Virus record (IMG/VR): IMGVR_UViG_2541047946_000018
Coordinates: 1-38,363 of that record
Reading direction: 5' to 3' (one strand)
DNA: 38,363 nt
Origin: a virus
Lineage: Duplodnaviria; Heunggongvirae; Uroviricota; Caudoviricetes
The notes under the pieces: generated by a model
The model's database searches: none
Told to the model about the DNA's origin: nothing
Seen by the model: the letters and a program-made list of their open reading frames with translations, nothing else
Made by a program: the position numbers and the translations under genes
Shown here: piece by piece, positions 8,601 to 18,142 of the stretch
Position numbering within the stretch: position 1 is the stretch's first letter
Layout of the letters: every line of letters begins with the position of its first letter

Positions 8601-9076
8601 CGAACGACAGCGCCGAACGGAATAAACATAGAAATCGCATTGAATGGATCTGCTAATCTCATTGCTACAGAAGAGACTGTACCAGCAAATCCCAAGCCTG
8701 AATTGTATTCCATGTCAGCTCTCTGCTGATCGATTCGATGTTTAATTGCCATTGTTTCTTCAGGCGAACCGGAGTTGATAAACGAATCTGCAAAATCTTC
8801 ATAGCCTTTAATATCTGCTGCATCGTTATCAAATGGGTTATATCCTTCAACCCTGTCAAACTGACTGAAAGGAGCACTGGCAATAAAGCTACCCAGCGTG
8901 TTATCTATACGAAATGCTGCTTGTCTAGACCTTTGAACGCGTTGATCACTGGTAAATGGGTTCACAGCAGAAAGCAAAGAAGGTGTTTCCATATAGAAAT
9001 TACTGTCATCAGGTGCTGCTATTTGCTGAATATCCTCGCCAAGCAACTCTTTAGGATCCTGTTCATATATCGGCAT
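5687..9076 (-). CDS. Internal virion/ejection protein, T7 gp16-like by position and size (1129 aa)
   Basis: Large ORF in the T7-like gene order after the gp15-like gene; coiled-coil-rich centre. Confidence 0.55.
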   Translation of the reverse strand: MPIYEQDPKELLGEDIQQIAAPDDSNFYMETPSLLSAVNPFTSDQRVQRSRQAAFRIDNTLGSFIASAPFSQFDRVEGYNPFDNDAADIKGYEDFADSFINSGSPEETMAIKHRIDQQRADMEYNSGLGFAGTVSSVAMRLADPFNAISMFIPFGAVVRGGRIAETAGRFALANAAGSVASEAALQATQEARSPMESVSNVVVDALVGGILGAGAQLLAGPGAREAVVNSVGNHLRGMDSPQSIGAAQVFNTTLDQEQLAGLGLANKTLSVTPAGRLAQSPSLVSRQINQQLAENNYFFAKNDEGLATFTAVETKIKQYDAMLYKQMEATRDAYQQYSKSVSARGVKRMNFIDFNEAVGMAMRRGDQSDIPEVSQAAARIRPIFETTKARMQELGILPEDIDVVTAKSYLPRIYKFDKILSDRTEFRGRIANWIQGISAKGADKAGQRIERINSLLKTAEESAPRADALASEIAEAEKWSGKKILLMEELDKRNKLISQETDTQARLTRIEKELAETSSEKLQARMMKESSDLKTRLDDIAQAKSELPVYQRHMELLDNPRKYRSELRRLQKRANSTTRLNASRERALKQMEPLSREEAEDAADEIVNKIIGAPSGLVPADIIPERLVGRAGFTKSRTLLIPDERIEDFLESDVNYIMESYLRQVAPEIELTAQFGRKDMGEQIRQVSEEYTRLIKEAKTPKRRAVLEKQREADIRDITAMRDRLLGTYGAPQDPRSFFVRAGRVARNINFLRLLGGMTVSAATDLMRPMMQHGLRKSLGPMVSMLKNMDSVKIATRDLREMAVGLDYVLSTRTKAIADLTDPYSRRSAAERGLNWMTQKFGNWTLMNQWNSALKSWSGMIVQSRILDAARQVSAGGTLSKSEMRKMAQVGINEDVLRRIGEQFGKHGEDMDGLLTGHSHLWDDRFAREIFQSAVLKDVDSVIVTPGVGDTPLFFSKEGWKMITQFKTFIFAQHNRVLVSGIQQGDAAFYLGALGTIALGSMVYMMKQKLSGRDIDYSWNNLVKEGIDRGGMLGWLSEPLNTVENISGGRFGLGAMFGAPPVSRFQSRNAIGALLGPTFDLGGDAATVANGVLNGEFDSQQTHAVRKMLPFQNLWAISPLLNKVEEQMK

Positions 9077-11790
9077 TATTTGCCTCCTGCGTATATATTG
9101 CTCGGAAGGTAATTGGCTGAACCATAACCGAATGGTTTGGTCAGATCTGGAGGAGTATATCCATCTTTATTGCTGAACTGCGGCAGCGGATTGCCTTCTC
9201 TCCGCACTCTAGCCTCATCAACACGCTGTTGCTGGAACTGAATGGTTTGCCTGTACATTGGAGATGTCAGCTGATCCGGCTTGAAACGAACAGGGAGACC
9301 ATTTTCTCCAATATAATTTCTCGGTTCTATCGCTCCGTTTGCGTCAGGCTGTAAAACCATAACAGCATAACTCCTATCCCTTGCCGTAAGGCCATCAGAA
9401 ACAAGTATTAAGTCCGTATCACTGCGAGGACCGCCAAAGGATTTTGATTTAAGCTCGCGTTTTTCCTGCTCCCACTGCCCCTGTATCCAGTTACCAGCAC
9501 CATTATTTACTCCGTACAATGCCTCAGGTGCATACTTCATAACCTCTGCTTTGCCATTAACCGTAGAAACTCCCCAAGTGGTTCTGATCATGGCATTGGT
9601 CATTTTCTCAGCCTGTTCTGCATCGCCACCTGTCTGTACAAAGTTAGCATCGTAAATTGTCTGGTAATCTCGCTGATAGGCCGCATTTGATTTTCCTGGA
9701 TCGGTAATATCCGGAGACCACGAACCAAAGGAAGTCAGACTGCTGGCGTTATTTTGTGCAGCAGTTGCCCTCGCCGCGACATATTTTTTGTCTCGCATGG
9801 CAGTGGAAAGCATCTGTTTCATTCGGTCATCCTGTTGGAACACCTGGCTGTAAGCCATATCAACAGCCTTATCCTCCGGCACGCCAGCGCGGGAATAATC
9901 GTAAACCTTGCCGTAAAATGCCATCGTACTTTTATCAAGTGTTGCCGCTGCCGCCGGATTATTATCGAATAACTGACCGTAGAATTTTGCCATCGGGACA
10001 ACCAGCGCAGGATCTCTTGATGTTGCTCCACTGTTAAGCATTGTTTTAACCTGAGTTGGTATCATGCCGCTTTTAGTTGTGACGGTGACCAGTGTATTGA
10101 TGCTCTGCGGATCAGATATGGAAAACGAAGGCGCGATATCCTGCGCGAAATAACGGTCTACCGCTGCCTGATTGTTTTTGTCGTTCGGGTCCAGCGGGAA
10201 GTTATTTTGCATTGAAGACACGAACCTGTTTCTTCCCTGCTGAATCTCCCACTCCCTATCCATCTCTTTAAATTTGGCCTGCATTTTCTCCCAGCGTTGC
10301 TGGTTAGCTGCAAATCCAGGAGCGTTTGGATCCTGTGGACGTAAACGTTCAAGAATGTCTTGTCGTCCTTCTGGAGTGAGGTCTTTAGCGGCACCAATGA
10401 CACCTCCATATTGTATCTGCGCCTGCATATCCTTCCACTTCATAGCGCCAATGCGCGGACCATTGGCCCGGATAAAATCGTCCTCAGAAGGTAACTTCTC
10501 AGGTTTCAATCCTTCATCAAGGGCTGAATATGCATCTTTAACTACGGTGCTAAGCTGGTCCGCATACTGCTGGCGGTACTGATTTCTCAGCTCATTAGCC
10601 TGCCTCAATGCCTGTATTTGCATTTGAGGGCTCATAGCATCAAATGCCGCATTGCCCGTATAACGCTTAGGTGAATCAAGGTTAGTTAGACCAAGGGCTG
10701 CCGAGATACCAGTTTCAAGCTGTTCGGTGCTATAAGGCATACTGCCATTTTCGTGTTTAATAATCCCAGCACATAAAGCAGCTAGTGTCTTTGGGTTAGA
10801 GATATCAAGCTGATCATTCTCCCCAACACCAAGCTCACCACACAATGCCCTAATATAAGCATCAGTATTATTACCATCACTAACCGGAGCATAGCGATTA
10901 ACAATCTCGCTAACGGTGTCATAGCCTTGACGCTGGTAAGACAACATATTTTTACCCAACGCGCGGATTCCATGCTCAGGGGTAGCAAACGTTGCAAAAC
11001 GTCCATCGCTACCGATCTGACCTTCCCACGGGTTAGATTTGCTCGCTTCAATATTACCAGGGTTATTATTACGTAAACCACGAGCATCCAATGAATTACC
11101 ATGTGATATTGCACGACTCACACCATCAAGATCCCCTGGCTCTCCATTAACCTGAAGAAACTCGTTGTATTTTTGAGCGATATTTCCTATCCATGCTTGC
11201 TGCCCCATTTGTTCCTTGAGCTGAGTTTTCTGCTGAACACGCCACTCATCAGGAAGCCCATGCGCATCAGCGTATTGATCAATAGATTCAAATCGCTGCT
11301 TGGCTAAATCGACAAATGCTTGGTTATCGCTATATAGCCCCGCAGACTGAGTGACAGCCAATGCATTTCCTGACAAATACGTTTGATCTTGGAATTGCTG
11401 AAACTGCCCAACTTCATATCGACGTGCCTGATTGTAATAAGACTGCATAGACTGCTGGAGTTGAAAGGATAATTTATTCCTTTCCTCACTTTCAGGAATT
11501 GAGCCTAATAATGCCTGAGCCCTTTCCTGCATATTTTTCATAACAGCGTCACTCTGACCAAGAGCGTTTTTACCCTGTTTAGAAATCAGCCCACTTTCAG
11601 GGTTGTTAATCTGGTCATCTGCAAATTGGTTAAATTGCAGTAACGCCTCCTGGGCCATAGCAACATTCGCTTTCTGCCTGGCTTCACCATATGCCACCGC
11701 ATACTGATCTGCGACATTCGCCAGCACCTGACCTGCTTGAGGAACATCGAAGATCTGAAAACCACCGGTTTGCACACCACGACTTTGCAC
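9076..11790 (-). CDS. Internal virion protein, T7 gp15-like by position (904 aa); GTG start 18 bp from the IS end
   Basis: ORF begins GTG 11790 with weak RBS; contains a conserved NNPGNI-containing domain of unknown function; the IS sits immediately upstream. Confidence 0.5.
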   Translation of the reverse strand: MQSRGVQTGGFQIFDVPQAGQVLANVADQYAVAYGEARQKANVAMAQEALLQFNQFADDQINNPESGLISKQGKNALGQSDAVMKNMQERAQALLGSIPESEERNKLSFQLQQSMQSYYNQARRYEVGQFQQFQDQTYLSGNALAVTQSAGLYSDNQAFVDLAKQRFESIDQYADAHGLPDEWRVQQKTQLKEQMGQQAWIGNIAQKYNEFLQVNGEPGDLDGVSRAISHGNSLDARGLRNNNPGNIEASKSNPWEGQIGSDGRFATFATPEHGIRALGKNMLSYQRQGYDTVSEIVNRYAPVSDGNNTDAYIRALCGELGVGENDQLDISNPKTLAALCAGIIKHENGSMPYSTEQLETGISAALGLTNLDSPKRYTGNAAFDAMSPQMQIQALRQANELRNQYRQQYADQLSTVVKDAYSALDEGLKPEKLPSEDDFIRANGPRIGAMKWKDMQAQIQYGGVIGAAKDLTPEGRQDILERLRPQDPNAPGFAANQQRWEKMQAKFKEMDREWEIQQGRNRFVSSMQNNFPLDPNDKNNQAAVDRYFAQDIAPSFSISDPQSINTLVTVTTKSGMIPTQVKTMLNSGATSRDPALVVPMAKFYGQLFDNNPAAAATLDKSTMAFYGKVYDYSRAGVPEDKAVDMAYSQVFQQDDRMKQMLSTAMRDKKYVAARATAAQNNASSLTSFGSWSPDITDPGKSNAAYQRDYQTIYDANFVQTGGDAEQAEKMTNAMIRTTWGVSTVNGKAEVMKYAPEALYGVNNGAGNWIQGQWEQEKRELKSKSFGGPRSDTDLILVSDGLTARDRSYAVMVLQPDANGAIEPRNYIGENGLPVRFKPDQLTSPMYRQTIQFQQQRVDEARVRREGNPLPQFSNKDGYTPPDLTKPFGYGSANYLPSNIYAGGK

Positions 11791-11861
11791 CTGGCGTCCG
11801 GATGTAGTGAACCGCCCCGGGAATCCTGGAGACTAAACTTCCTGAGAAAGAGGTAAACAGG

Positions 11862-12188
11862 ATGACTAAAAATACTCGTTTTTCCCCTGAAGTCCGTCAA
11901 CGGGCAGTCCGTATGGTTCTGGAAAGTCAGGGCGAATATGACTCACAATGGGCGACAATTTGTTCCATTGCTCCAAAGATTGGCTGTACGCCGGAGACTC
12001 TGCGTGTCTGGGTTCGCCAGCATGAGCGGGATACCGGGGGCGGTGATGGAGGGCTCACCACCGCTGAACGTCAGCGTCTGAAAGAGCTGGAGCGTGAAAA
12101 TCGTGAACTGCGCCGCAGTAACGATATCCTTCGCCAGGCTTCCGCTTATTTTGCGAAGGCGGAGTTCGACCGCCTCTGGAAAAAATGA
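11862..12188 (+). CDS. IS629 OrfA (IS3-family transposase N-terminal HTH part)
   Basis: [31 protein letters not shown]...; recognised IS629/IS3411-type OrfA; A6 slippery run at its 3' end. Confidence 0.85.
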   Translation: MTKNTRFSPEVRQRAVRMVLESQGEYDSQWATICSIAPKIGCTPETLRVWVRQHERDTGGGDGGLTTAERQRLKELERENRELRRSNDILRQASAYFAKAEFDRLWKK

Positions 12189-13075
12189 TGCCACTGCTGG
12201 ATAAGCTGCGTGAGCAGTACGGGGTCGGACCGCTATGCAGCGAACTGCATATTGCCCCGTCAACGTATTACCACTGTCAGCAACAGCGACATCATCCGGA
12301 TAAACGCAGTGCCCGTGCGCAGCGCGATGACTGGCTGAAGAAAGAGATACAGCGCGTATACGATGAAAATCACAAGGTATACGGTGTGCGTAAAGTCTGG
12401 CGTCAGTTGTTACGGGAAGGTATCAGAGTGGCCAGATGCACTGTGGCACGTCTCATGGCGGTTATGGGACTTGCCGGTGTTCTCCGGGGTAAAAAGGTCC
12501 GTACGACCATCAGCCGGAAAGCCGTTGCCGCAGGCGACCGCGTAAACCGTCAGTTCGTGGCAGAACGACCTGACCAGCTGTGGGTGGCTGATTTTACTTA
12601 CGTCAGCACATGGCAGGGCTTCGTCTATGTGGCGTTCATCATTGATGTGTTTGCCGGATACATTGTGGGGTGGCGGGTCTCATCGTCCATGGAGACGACA
12701 TTCGTGCTGGATGCACTGGAGCAGGCGTTATGGGCCCGTCGACCGTCCGGCACGGTCCATCACAGTGATAAAGGTTCTCAGTATGTATCGCTGGCCTACA
12801 CACAGCGGCTTAAGGAAGCCGGATTACTGGCATCAACAGGAAGTACAGGCGACTCGTATGACAACGCGATGGCGGAGAGCATCAATGGTCTTTACAAAGC
12901 GGAGGTAATACACCGTAAGAGCTGGAAAAACCGTGCAGAAGTGGAACTGGCCACACTCACGTGGGTGGACTGGTATAACAATCGACGATTGCTGGAAAGG
13001 CTGGGCCATACTCCTCCGGCAGAAGCAGAAAAAGCTTATTATGCTTCCATCGGAAACGATGATCTGGCAGCCTGA
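12185..13075 (+). CDS. IS629 OrfB (transposase catalytic DDE domain)
   Basis: Overlaps orfA in the -1 frame; rve-type integrase core by family knowledge. Confidence 0.85.
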   Translation: MMPLLDKLREQYGVGPLCSELHIAPSTYYHCQQQRHHPDKRSARAQRDDWLKKEIQRVYDENHKVYGVRKVWRQLLREGIRVARCTVARLMAVMGLAGVLRGKKVRTTISRKAVAAGDRVNRQFVAERPDQLWVADFTYVSTWQGFVYVAFIIDVFAGYIVGWRVSSSMETTFVLDALEQALWARRPSGTVHHSDKGSQYVSLAYTQRLKEAGLLASTGSTGDSYDNAMAESINGLYKAEVIHRKSWKNRAEVELATLTWVDWYNNRRLLERLGHTPPAEAEKAYYASIGNDDLAA

Positions 13076-13135
13076 GTTCACAGATAAAATACTCTCCAGG
13101 AAACCCGGGGCGGTTCATAGTAGGAACAACAGGCA

Positions 13136-13711
13136 TCAGTAACCTCCTATTTTGAATCGGGAGTCAGAATTCATAAAACCTGAGTTAGATAACATTGGCG
13201 TCCCACCACTAGATGTACTTCCTTTAGAGAACGGACTCCACGTCCCACCAAACATCTGGTACGCACCGTATGCCTTCAGAGGCGCAGTGAGCAATGTTGT
13301 TGCTGCTCCCACATTCCCCTGTTTACGGGCTGAACTGGCTTCTGCTTTATAGTTGGCAGCCTGAACCTGATAACCGTAAGCCTCGCGTTGCGCGTTATTC
13401 ACCGTCGTCAGCGAATCAAGAGCGCCAAACTGGGCAGTGTCGCCAAATATATCCAGCGCGTTACCGGTAGATAAATCGGCGCCGGTCGCCCCCATTGTCG
13501 CCGCTTGAGTACCAAGCCGCTGTCGGGTCTCTCTGCGCCGTTGCTCAGCTTCAGCGTTACCTCTGTTTATTGCATCATTTGCCTGAGCAGTGGCTATATC
13601 TGCGTTCGCTTCTGCAACCTTCGAGACATACTTTCCCTGTTGGTACTGGGTGTATGCCTGAATGCCACTCATGGCGAGCATTGCGCCACCAGCAATAACC
13701 GGATCGCACAT
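13136..13711 (-). CDS. Internal virion protein, T7 gp14-like by position and size (191 aa)
   Basis: Ala/Gln-rich low-complexity protein following the gp13-like gene; stop is 18 bp from the IS right end. Confidence 0.5.
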   Translation of the reverse strand: MCDPVIAGGAMLAMSGIQAYTQYQQGKYVSKVAEANADIATAQANDAINRGNAEAEQRRRETRQRLGTQAATMGATGADLSTGNALDIFGDTAQFGALDSLTTVNNAQREAYGYQVQAANYKAEASSARKQGNVGAATTLLTAPLKAYGAYQMFGGTWSPFSKGSTSSGGTPMLSNSGFMNSDSRFKIGGY

Positions 13712-14175
13712 TATTTTCTCTCCATGTGAAATCTGTGGAAATTAAGACCAAGAGCACCATAAGGCGCGGCTTCTTCAAGCCTGAATCCAAGCCAGTGCAG
13801 CCATGCTTTGGCAACATGGTTTCGCTCGTCGACGTAGTTTTCCAGGCGCGGATAAACTGCCAGCATCTGCTGCAATACAGGTCGGCAGTGGCGAAGAAAT
13901 GTCTTCTGATATTTTTCAATACGGCTGGTCCCGACCAGCCAGGGCGTACCATTGCCACCGATCATTGACGCCGGAGATACGCCAAACATGGTTACCAGTT
14001 CTCCGTTCGCAAATCCTGACCAGGCCATAGTCGCAGTACGCAGACCAACACGCAGCGCATCTTCGGTAGTCATCAGTGATACCGCATACAGTTCGTCAAT
14101 ATCAGCCTGACGAACATCCGGCAAAATCATCTGAAGATGCTCTTCGGTAGCGGGAATAATTTGAACATCGATCAT
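13711..14175 (-). CDS. Virion protein, T7 gp13-like by position (154 aa)
   Basis: Position between the tail tubular B and gp14-like genes; start overlaps the upstream stop. Confidence 0.4.
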   Translation of the reverse strand: MIDVQIIPATEEHLQMILPDVRQADIDELYAVSLMTTEDALRVGLRTATMAWSGFANGELVTMFGVSPASMIGGNGTPWLVGTSRIEKYQKTFLRHCRPVLQQMLAVYPRLENYVDERNHVAKAWLHWLGFRLEEAAPYGALGLNFHRFHMERK

Positions 14176-16646
14176 CAGAATCCCCCAACAGTAAGGCGAG
14201 GAATAACGGCAAGAACAGACAGCGGCAACGGGTCAAGCTGACGGATTTTTACACGCCCGTTTTTGCCCCAGTTACTGTCCAGTTTCACTTCTACTTTTCC
14301 GGTAGCATCATCAACAGGATCATCGTAGAACTCGAATTCACGCTGTGGATATTCGTACCATTTACCGCCAGGCGTAGTCGCCCAGATGCCGCGACTGGCA
14401 TTCACAACCAGAGTAACGGATGGGATCACCTGTTTTTTGTCCAGCAGCGTTTCCTGTCCGTTAATGTTGATATCCAGTGTTTCGAATTCAGCAGTTATTG
14501 GCAGGCCGATGTGCACTACAGCCCCCGGAGATTCCAGCGTGACGGCACCTCCGGAAACCACTTTCTGTGGTTCCACGTTCGCATCAGAGAGAATGTTTAC
14601 GGTCTGGCCTTCAAGATGAGACAGGCCTCCAAATGTCCGGCGCGCCATCTGCCAGTTCGTGGTGGCCACATTCCTGAGGGATGGCGGGACGTTCCTGTTA
14701 ACACGAACCACTACAGCGGTATTACTGGTTACAGAAATAATGTCGCAACGTAATTCTTTTGACACCTCATCGCCAGTATCAGGATCAGTTCCGGTATAAG
14801 GGAACTGTAGTTGCGCGCCGACATCACTACTGGTGAAGTACGCACCACCAGAAACACTGATTGTATATTCCGCGCGGTAATCCCATTCGCCAGAACCACC
14901 AGTGATGATCATCGTTCTGTCAGACGTATTTCTTCCATCATAGCTAAGGCCAGAATCAACAAAGAAAGCATCTTCATCGCTGGTAAATAAACGGCTGGAC
15001 AGTCGCTCGATGTATCTCACTGTTTGCCCGTTAACGGTTCGGTTAACGACGAAATACACCGCATCTTCATTGCCTTCGCTGATACTGCATGTGCTTTCAT
15101 ATTTTCCGGTACTGGATTGTGGTGCCCATGCAAAAACCTGCTGATCACGCAAATAGGTCATCACCAGTAATTTACCGTCATCACGGATGCAGAAGGCGCT
15201 GGAGTAAGGGACTATTGAGAAGCACCAGTCAACAATGCTGTGCTTCTGAAAAAGATGATTGGCAAGGATAGTAAGGTCGTTCCCCTGATAGCCGTCAACA
15301 TCGAATGAGTAGGCGAGATCACGGACAACACTGCCTTTCTCCTGGACGAACAGAGCAATATTCGCCACGGCAATTGGTGGGACATTGCTCGAGCCATTTG
15401 ATCCCTGAGAGCTGAATGCAAATGATGATGGGGTAAGCACTTTGTTCTGGTCGCCAGTGATGACGTACTCACCTCCGGAAGTCAGCGCCACCAGCGAACC
15501 AACATCAATCAGGTGACGGATCTCATTAACCTGACGCCCGGCATAGGTGTAGATAATTCTGTCGTCATCCTGCGTAGGATTGCTTTTGCCAAAATCCTTA
15601 TAATCCCCAGTACGGCTGGCCCAGATAGTCTGAGGGAACGCAGTCGATGCGGCGAAGTAAAGACGTTGTTGATAATAAACAACAGTGCCAGGATAACCAT
15701 TAACACTGTTCCAGGCATATTTAGCCCATTTATAGCTGGCATTATCCTCGCCAACGACCTGCGAAGGGATATAGGAAATCACCTCGGCAGTTGCAGTAGT
15801 GCCGTTTACAGCAGTGATACGGGCAATGCCAAAACCACTGTGCAGATACTCCCACTCAATGCCAGTATCATCATCACCGGATCCGCCCCAGCCATCCCAT
15901 GATGTGCCTTCTGTATGCGAAGGGCGCAAAGTACCTGTTTTGCCTGCTGTAACGGCGCGATAGTAGTTACTGTCTGCACGGCGAATATCGCCAATCGACG
16001 TACTCTTACTGGTTTCCCATACCGGTACTGAATCCACTGCTGGCTGTTCCAGATAGAACAATTTGCCTACCTGCTCCGCGCCAAAAATAGAGGCGCTTGC
16101 CGTTAACGTAATTGTCCCGGTGCTGGCGCTGGCATAAACCGTCACTGACTCGTCAATATTGATATCTTCAAATGGTCCGTTCTTCGTTACCACATCAACC
16201 AGTTGCCAGTTGTCATGCGCATAGCGACGCAACTCTTTCGGCGGGTATGCCGGATGAACCAGCGTAAGCACGTCGGCGCTTTGCGTGAATTTAATTCGGA
16301 ACAGATCGGCTTCAGTATATGGCGTGGAAATTTCATAAATAACATTGCTGCTGTTCAGCACCAACGCACCATCTTTGATAACGCGCATGTACTGGTGTCC
16401 GAACTCCAGAGCATAAGTCTGAACCGTCGAGAACTGGAACGGGATCAGGCGGCATTTCCGATTTGGATATTTGGCGGCACCGACAAAACGCGTACCAGGT
16501 CGATTCTCAACGCCGCCATACTGCCGCACGATAAAGTTATCGCACTTGCGCAATGCCACCTGGTACTTCGCCATGTCAATACGCCCGTACAACGACGGTC
16601 CAATCTCACCACCGGCAAAGCTGGGCTGGATCCAACTGATAGCCAT
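14175..16646 (-). CDS. Tail tubular protein B (T7 gp12-like, 823 aa)
   Basis: Size and position after tail tubular A in the T7-like order. Confidence 0.6.
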   Translation of the reverse strand: MAISWIQPSFAGGEIGPSLYGRIDMAKYQVALRKCDNFIVRQYGGVENRPGTRFVGAAKYPNRKCRLIPFQFSTVQTYALEFGHQYMRVIKDGALVLNSSNVIYEISTPYTEADLFRIKFTQSADVLTLVHPAYPPKELRRYAHDNWQLVDVVTKNGPFEDINIDESVTVYASASTGTITLTASASIFGAEQVGKLFYLEQPAVDSVPVWETSKSTSIGDIRRADSNYYRAVTAGKTGTLRPSHTEGTSWDGWGGSGDDDTGIEWEYLHSGFGIARITAVNGTTATAEVISYIPSQVVGEDNASYKWAKYAWNSVNGYPGTVVYYQQRLYFAASTAFPQTIWASRTGDYKDFGKSNPTQDDDRIIYTYAGRQVNEIRHLIDVGSLVALTSGGEYVITGDQNKVLTPSSFAFSSQGSNGSSNVPPIAVANIALFVQEKGSVVRDLAYSFDVDGYQGNDLTILANHLFQKHSIVDWCFSIVPYSSAFCIRDDGKLLVMTYLRDQQVFAWAPQSSTGKYESTCSISEGNEDAVYFVVNRTVNGQTVRYIERLSSRLFTSDEDAFFVDSGLSYDGRNTSDRTMIITGGSGEWDYRAEYTISVSGGAYFTSSDVGAQLQFPYTGTDPDTGDEVSKELRCDIISVTSNTAVVVRVNRNVPPSLRNVATTNWQMARRTFGGLSHLEGQTVNILSDANVEPQKVVSGGAVTLESPGAVVHIGLPITAEFETLDININGQETLLDKKQVIPSVTLVVNASRGIWATTPGGKWYEYPQREFEFYDDPVDDATGKVEVKLDSNWGKNGRVKIRQLDPLPLSVLAVIPRLTVGGF

Positions 16647-17251
16647 CAGGACAACCTCGCAATGGTAAACTCATCAACCGGTGGCTGTGGTTCCTGTGAT
16701 TCATTCTGGCTATGCGAGCCAGCACTAAGAATCACGCGATTGTACATATTGAGGGCAAACGTACCGAGGTCTGCATTCCCAGTCAGCGCCATGTTAATAG
16801 CTGCCGCAAGACGCCAGGCCAACGCCTCCATAAAAATGGCATCAAACATGTTCACATCTGTAACGCGAGAGACATACTTGAGCCATGCCTGAGGCTGGTC
16901 TGTGTAGATCAACTTTCCTGTTCCGTCGGTGTCTGCACCAACTTCGTACTGAACGCGCATTGCTGCTGTTGGATTGCGTACACCAGGAAGCATAATTTCA
17001 GTAATGCGCAGACAATCGGACGGGTACTGGTATGCGTATTCCCAGTCTGGCGGCGGATTGCTCGTATCTGCAAGCGCCACGCGTTTGGTAGCAAAGTTCC
17101 AGTCAAAATCAGAAAGCACAGCATCACGGCAGGCCTCAAAGTGCAGCGAACATTCCCCCGCTTCCTTGCTGGCTTCCGTCAGGCTGTTAATACTGCGGCT
17201 GTTGCCAATATTGGACAGCGCACGATTGCAGATCTCTACTACAGAGGCCAT
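16646..17251 (-). CDS. Tail tubular protein A (T7 gp11-like, 201 aa)
   Basis: Size and position; hairpin plus GGAG RBS upstream. Confidence 0.55.
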   Translation of the reverse strand: MASVVEICNRALSNIGNSRSINSLTEASKEAGECSLHFEACRDAVLSDFDWNFATKRVALADTSNPPPDWEYAYQYPSDCLRITEIMLPGVRNPTAAMRVQYEVGADTDGTGKLIYTDQPQAWLKYVSRVTDVNMFDAIFMEALAWRLAAAINMALTGNADLGTFALNMYNRVILSAGSHSQNESQEPQPPVDEFTIARLS

Positions 17252-17307
17252 AAGTTTCTATACTCCTGCAATAAAGGGGCCGAAGCCCCTTGTCTCATCC
17301 GCGAGGC

Positions 17308-17652
17308 TTACACGCCCAGTTCTTTACGCTTATCTGCGATCTTCTCGCGGAGCGTTTCTGCTTTGGCGTTATGGTGTGGCTTCTCGTTAAAGAGCAATTC
17401 GTACTCTTCACGGAGCTTATCCAGTTCACCATCATCTGACACATCGTTGATGATTTTGGTGCTGGTTGCTGCCATAGACACCTTTCCTGCTACCTTTGCT
17501 TTTGCCTGTCTGGCTGCATCGTTAACAGGTTCCAGTGCGCTACCAGGCTCACCTTCGTATTCGATTTCTGCCCCCTCCGGCCACAGAGTGTTATGGATAT
17601 GAGAGAGGCGCAGAACGCGGTATCTTGGTTTCTCACCTGACATCAATATCAC
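17308..17652 (-). CDS. Hypothetical virion-module protein (114 aa)
   Basis: Start overlaps the upstream stop; coding on the same strand within the structural operon. Confidence 0.45.
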   Translation of the reverse strand: MILMSGEKPRYRVLRLSHIHNTLWPEGAEIEYEGEPGSALEPVNDAARQAKAKVAGKVSMAATSTKIINDVSDDGELDKLREEYELLFNEKPHHNAKAETLREKIADKRKELGV

Positions 17653-17653
17653 C

Positions 17654-18091
17654 TTAACCAGTTACTTTTGAGCGGATCGGATACGGCGTATTGGCATCAA
17701 CATCAAGATTGATACCCGCAGTGAATTTGCCGGCCGTTAGTGGGCCAGTTGCGACGGAGTAGTTAACACGCAGATATCGCTGAACACCGGCAGGCACCTT
17801 TGCAGAAACAACTCGTTTACCTGCTGTCAGGGTAGCCTTTGCCAGTGCGCCACTATCATAAATAGTGGACCATGAGCTGTTATTCTCACTCGTCTGCAAC
17901 TGGATGTTTACAGTTGCCTCACCACTTGCCGTGGCGGCTTCGTTAACCAGCACCCAAAACTCAAGCGGATAACCCACGCCGATATCGCGACGGTTTCCAT
18001 CAATTGGACCGAGATCGATTACGTCAGTAGAAGCCGCGGTATTCGTAACCGCCTGAGCTTCGGAGAACATCAACAGTTTGTCGGTGATCAT
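17654..18091 (-). CDS. Hypothetical capsid-associated protein (145 aa)
   Basis: Strong RBS GGAGAAAGAAG; preceded by a hairpin (GTGGGTC/GACCCAC) just after the capsid gene. Confidence 0.5.
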   Translation of the reverse strand: MITDKLLMFSEAQAVTNTAASTDVIDLGPIDGNRRDIGVGYPLEFWVLVNEAATASGEATVNIQLQTSENNSSWSTIYDSGALAKATLTAGKRVVSAKVPAGVQRYLRVNYSVATGPLTAGKFTAGINLDVDANTPYPIRSKVTG

Positions 18092-18142
18092 CTTCTTTCT
18101 CCATTAGTGGGTCTGTTACGACCCACAGGTTAATAACAGGCG

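Larger units (their letters stand above)
11808..13117 (+). mobile_element. IS629-like insertion sequence (IS3 family), complete 1310-bp copy with 3-bp TAG target duplication
   Basis: Terminal inverted repeats TGAACCGCCCCGGG at 11808 and its complement ending at 13117; TAG at 11805..11807 and 13118..13120; orfA/orfB with A-run frameshift site. Confidence 0.9.

Noticed and set aside
11586-11900. 104-aa minus-strand ORF spanning the IS boundary
   Set aside because: It crosses the IS terminal repeat and overlaps the gp15-like gene out of frame; an artefact of the insertion junction.
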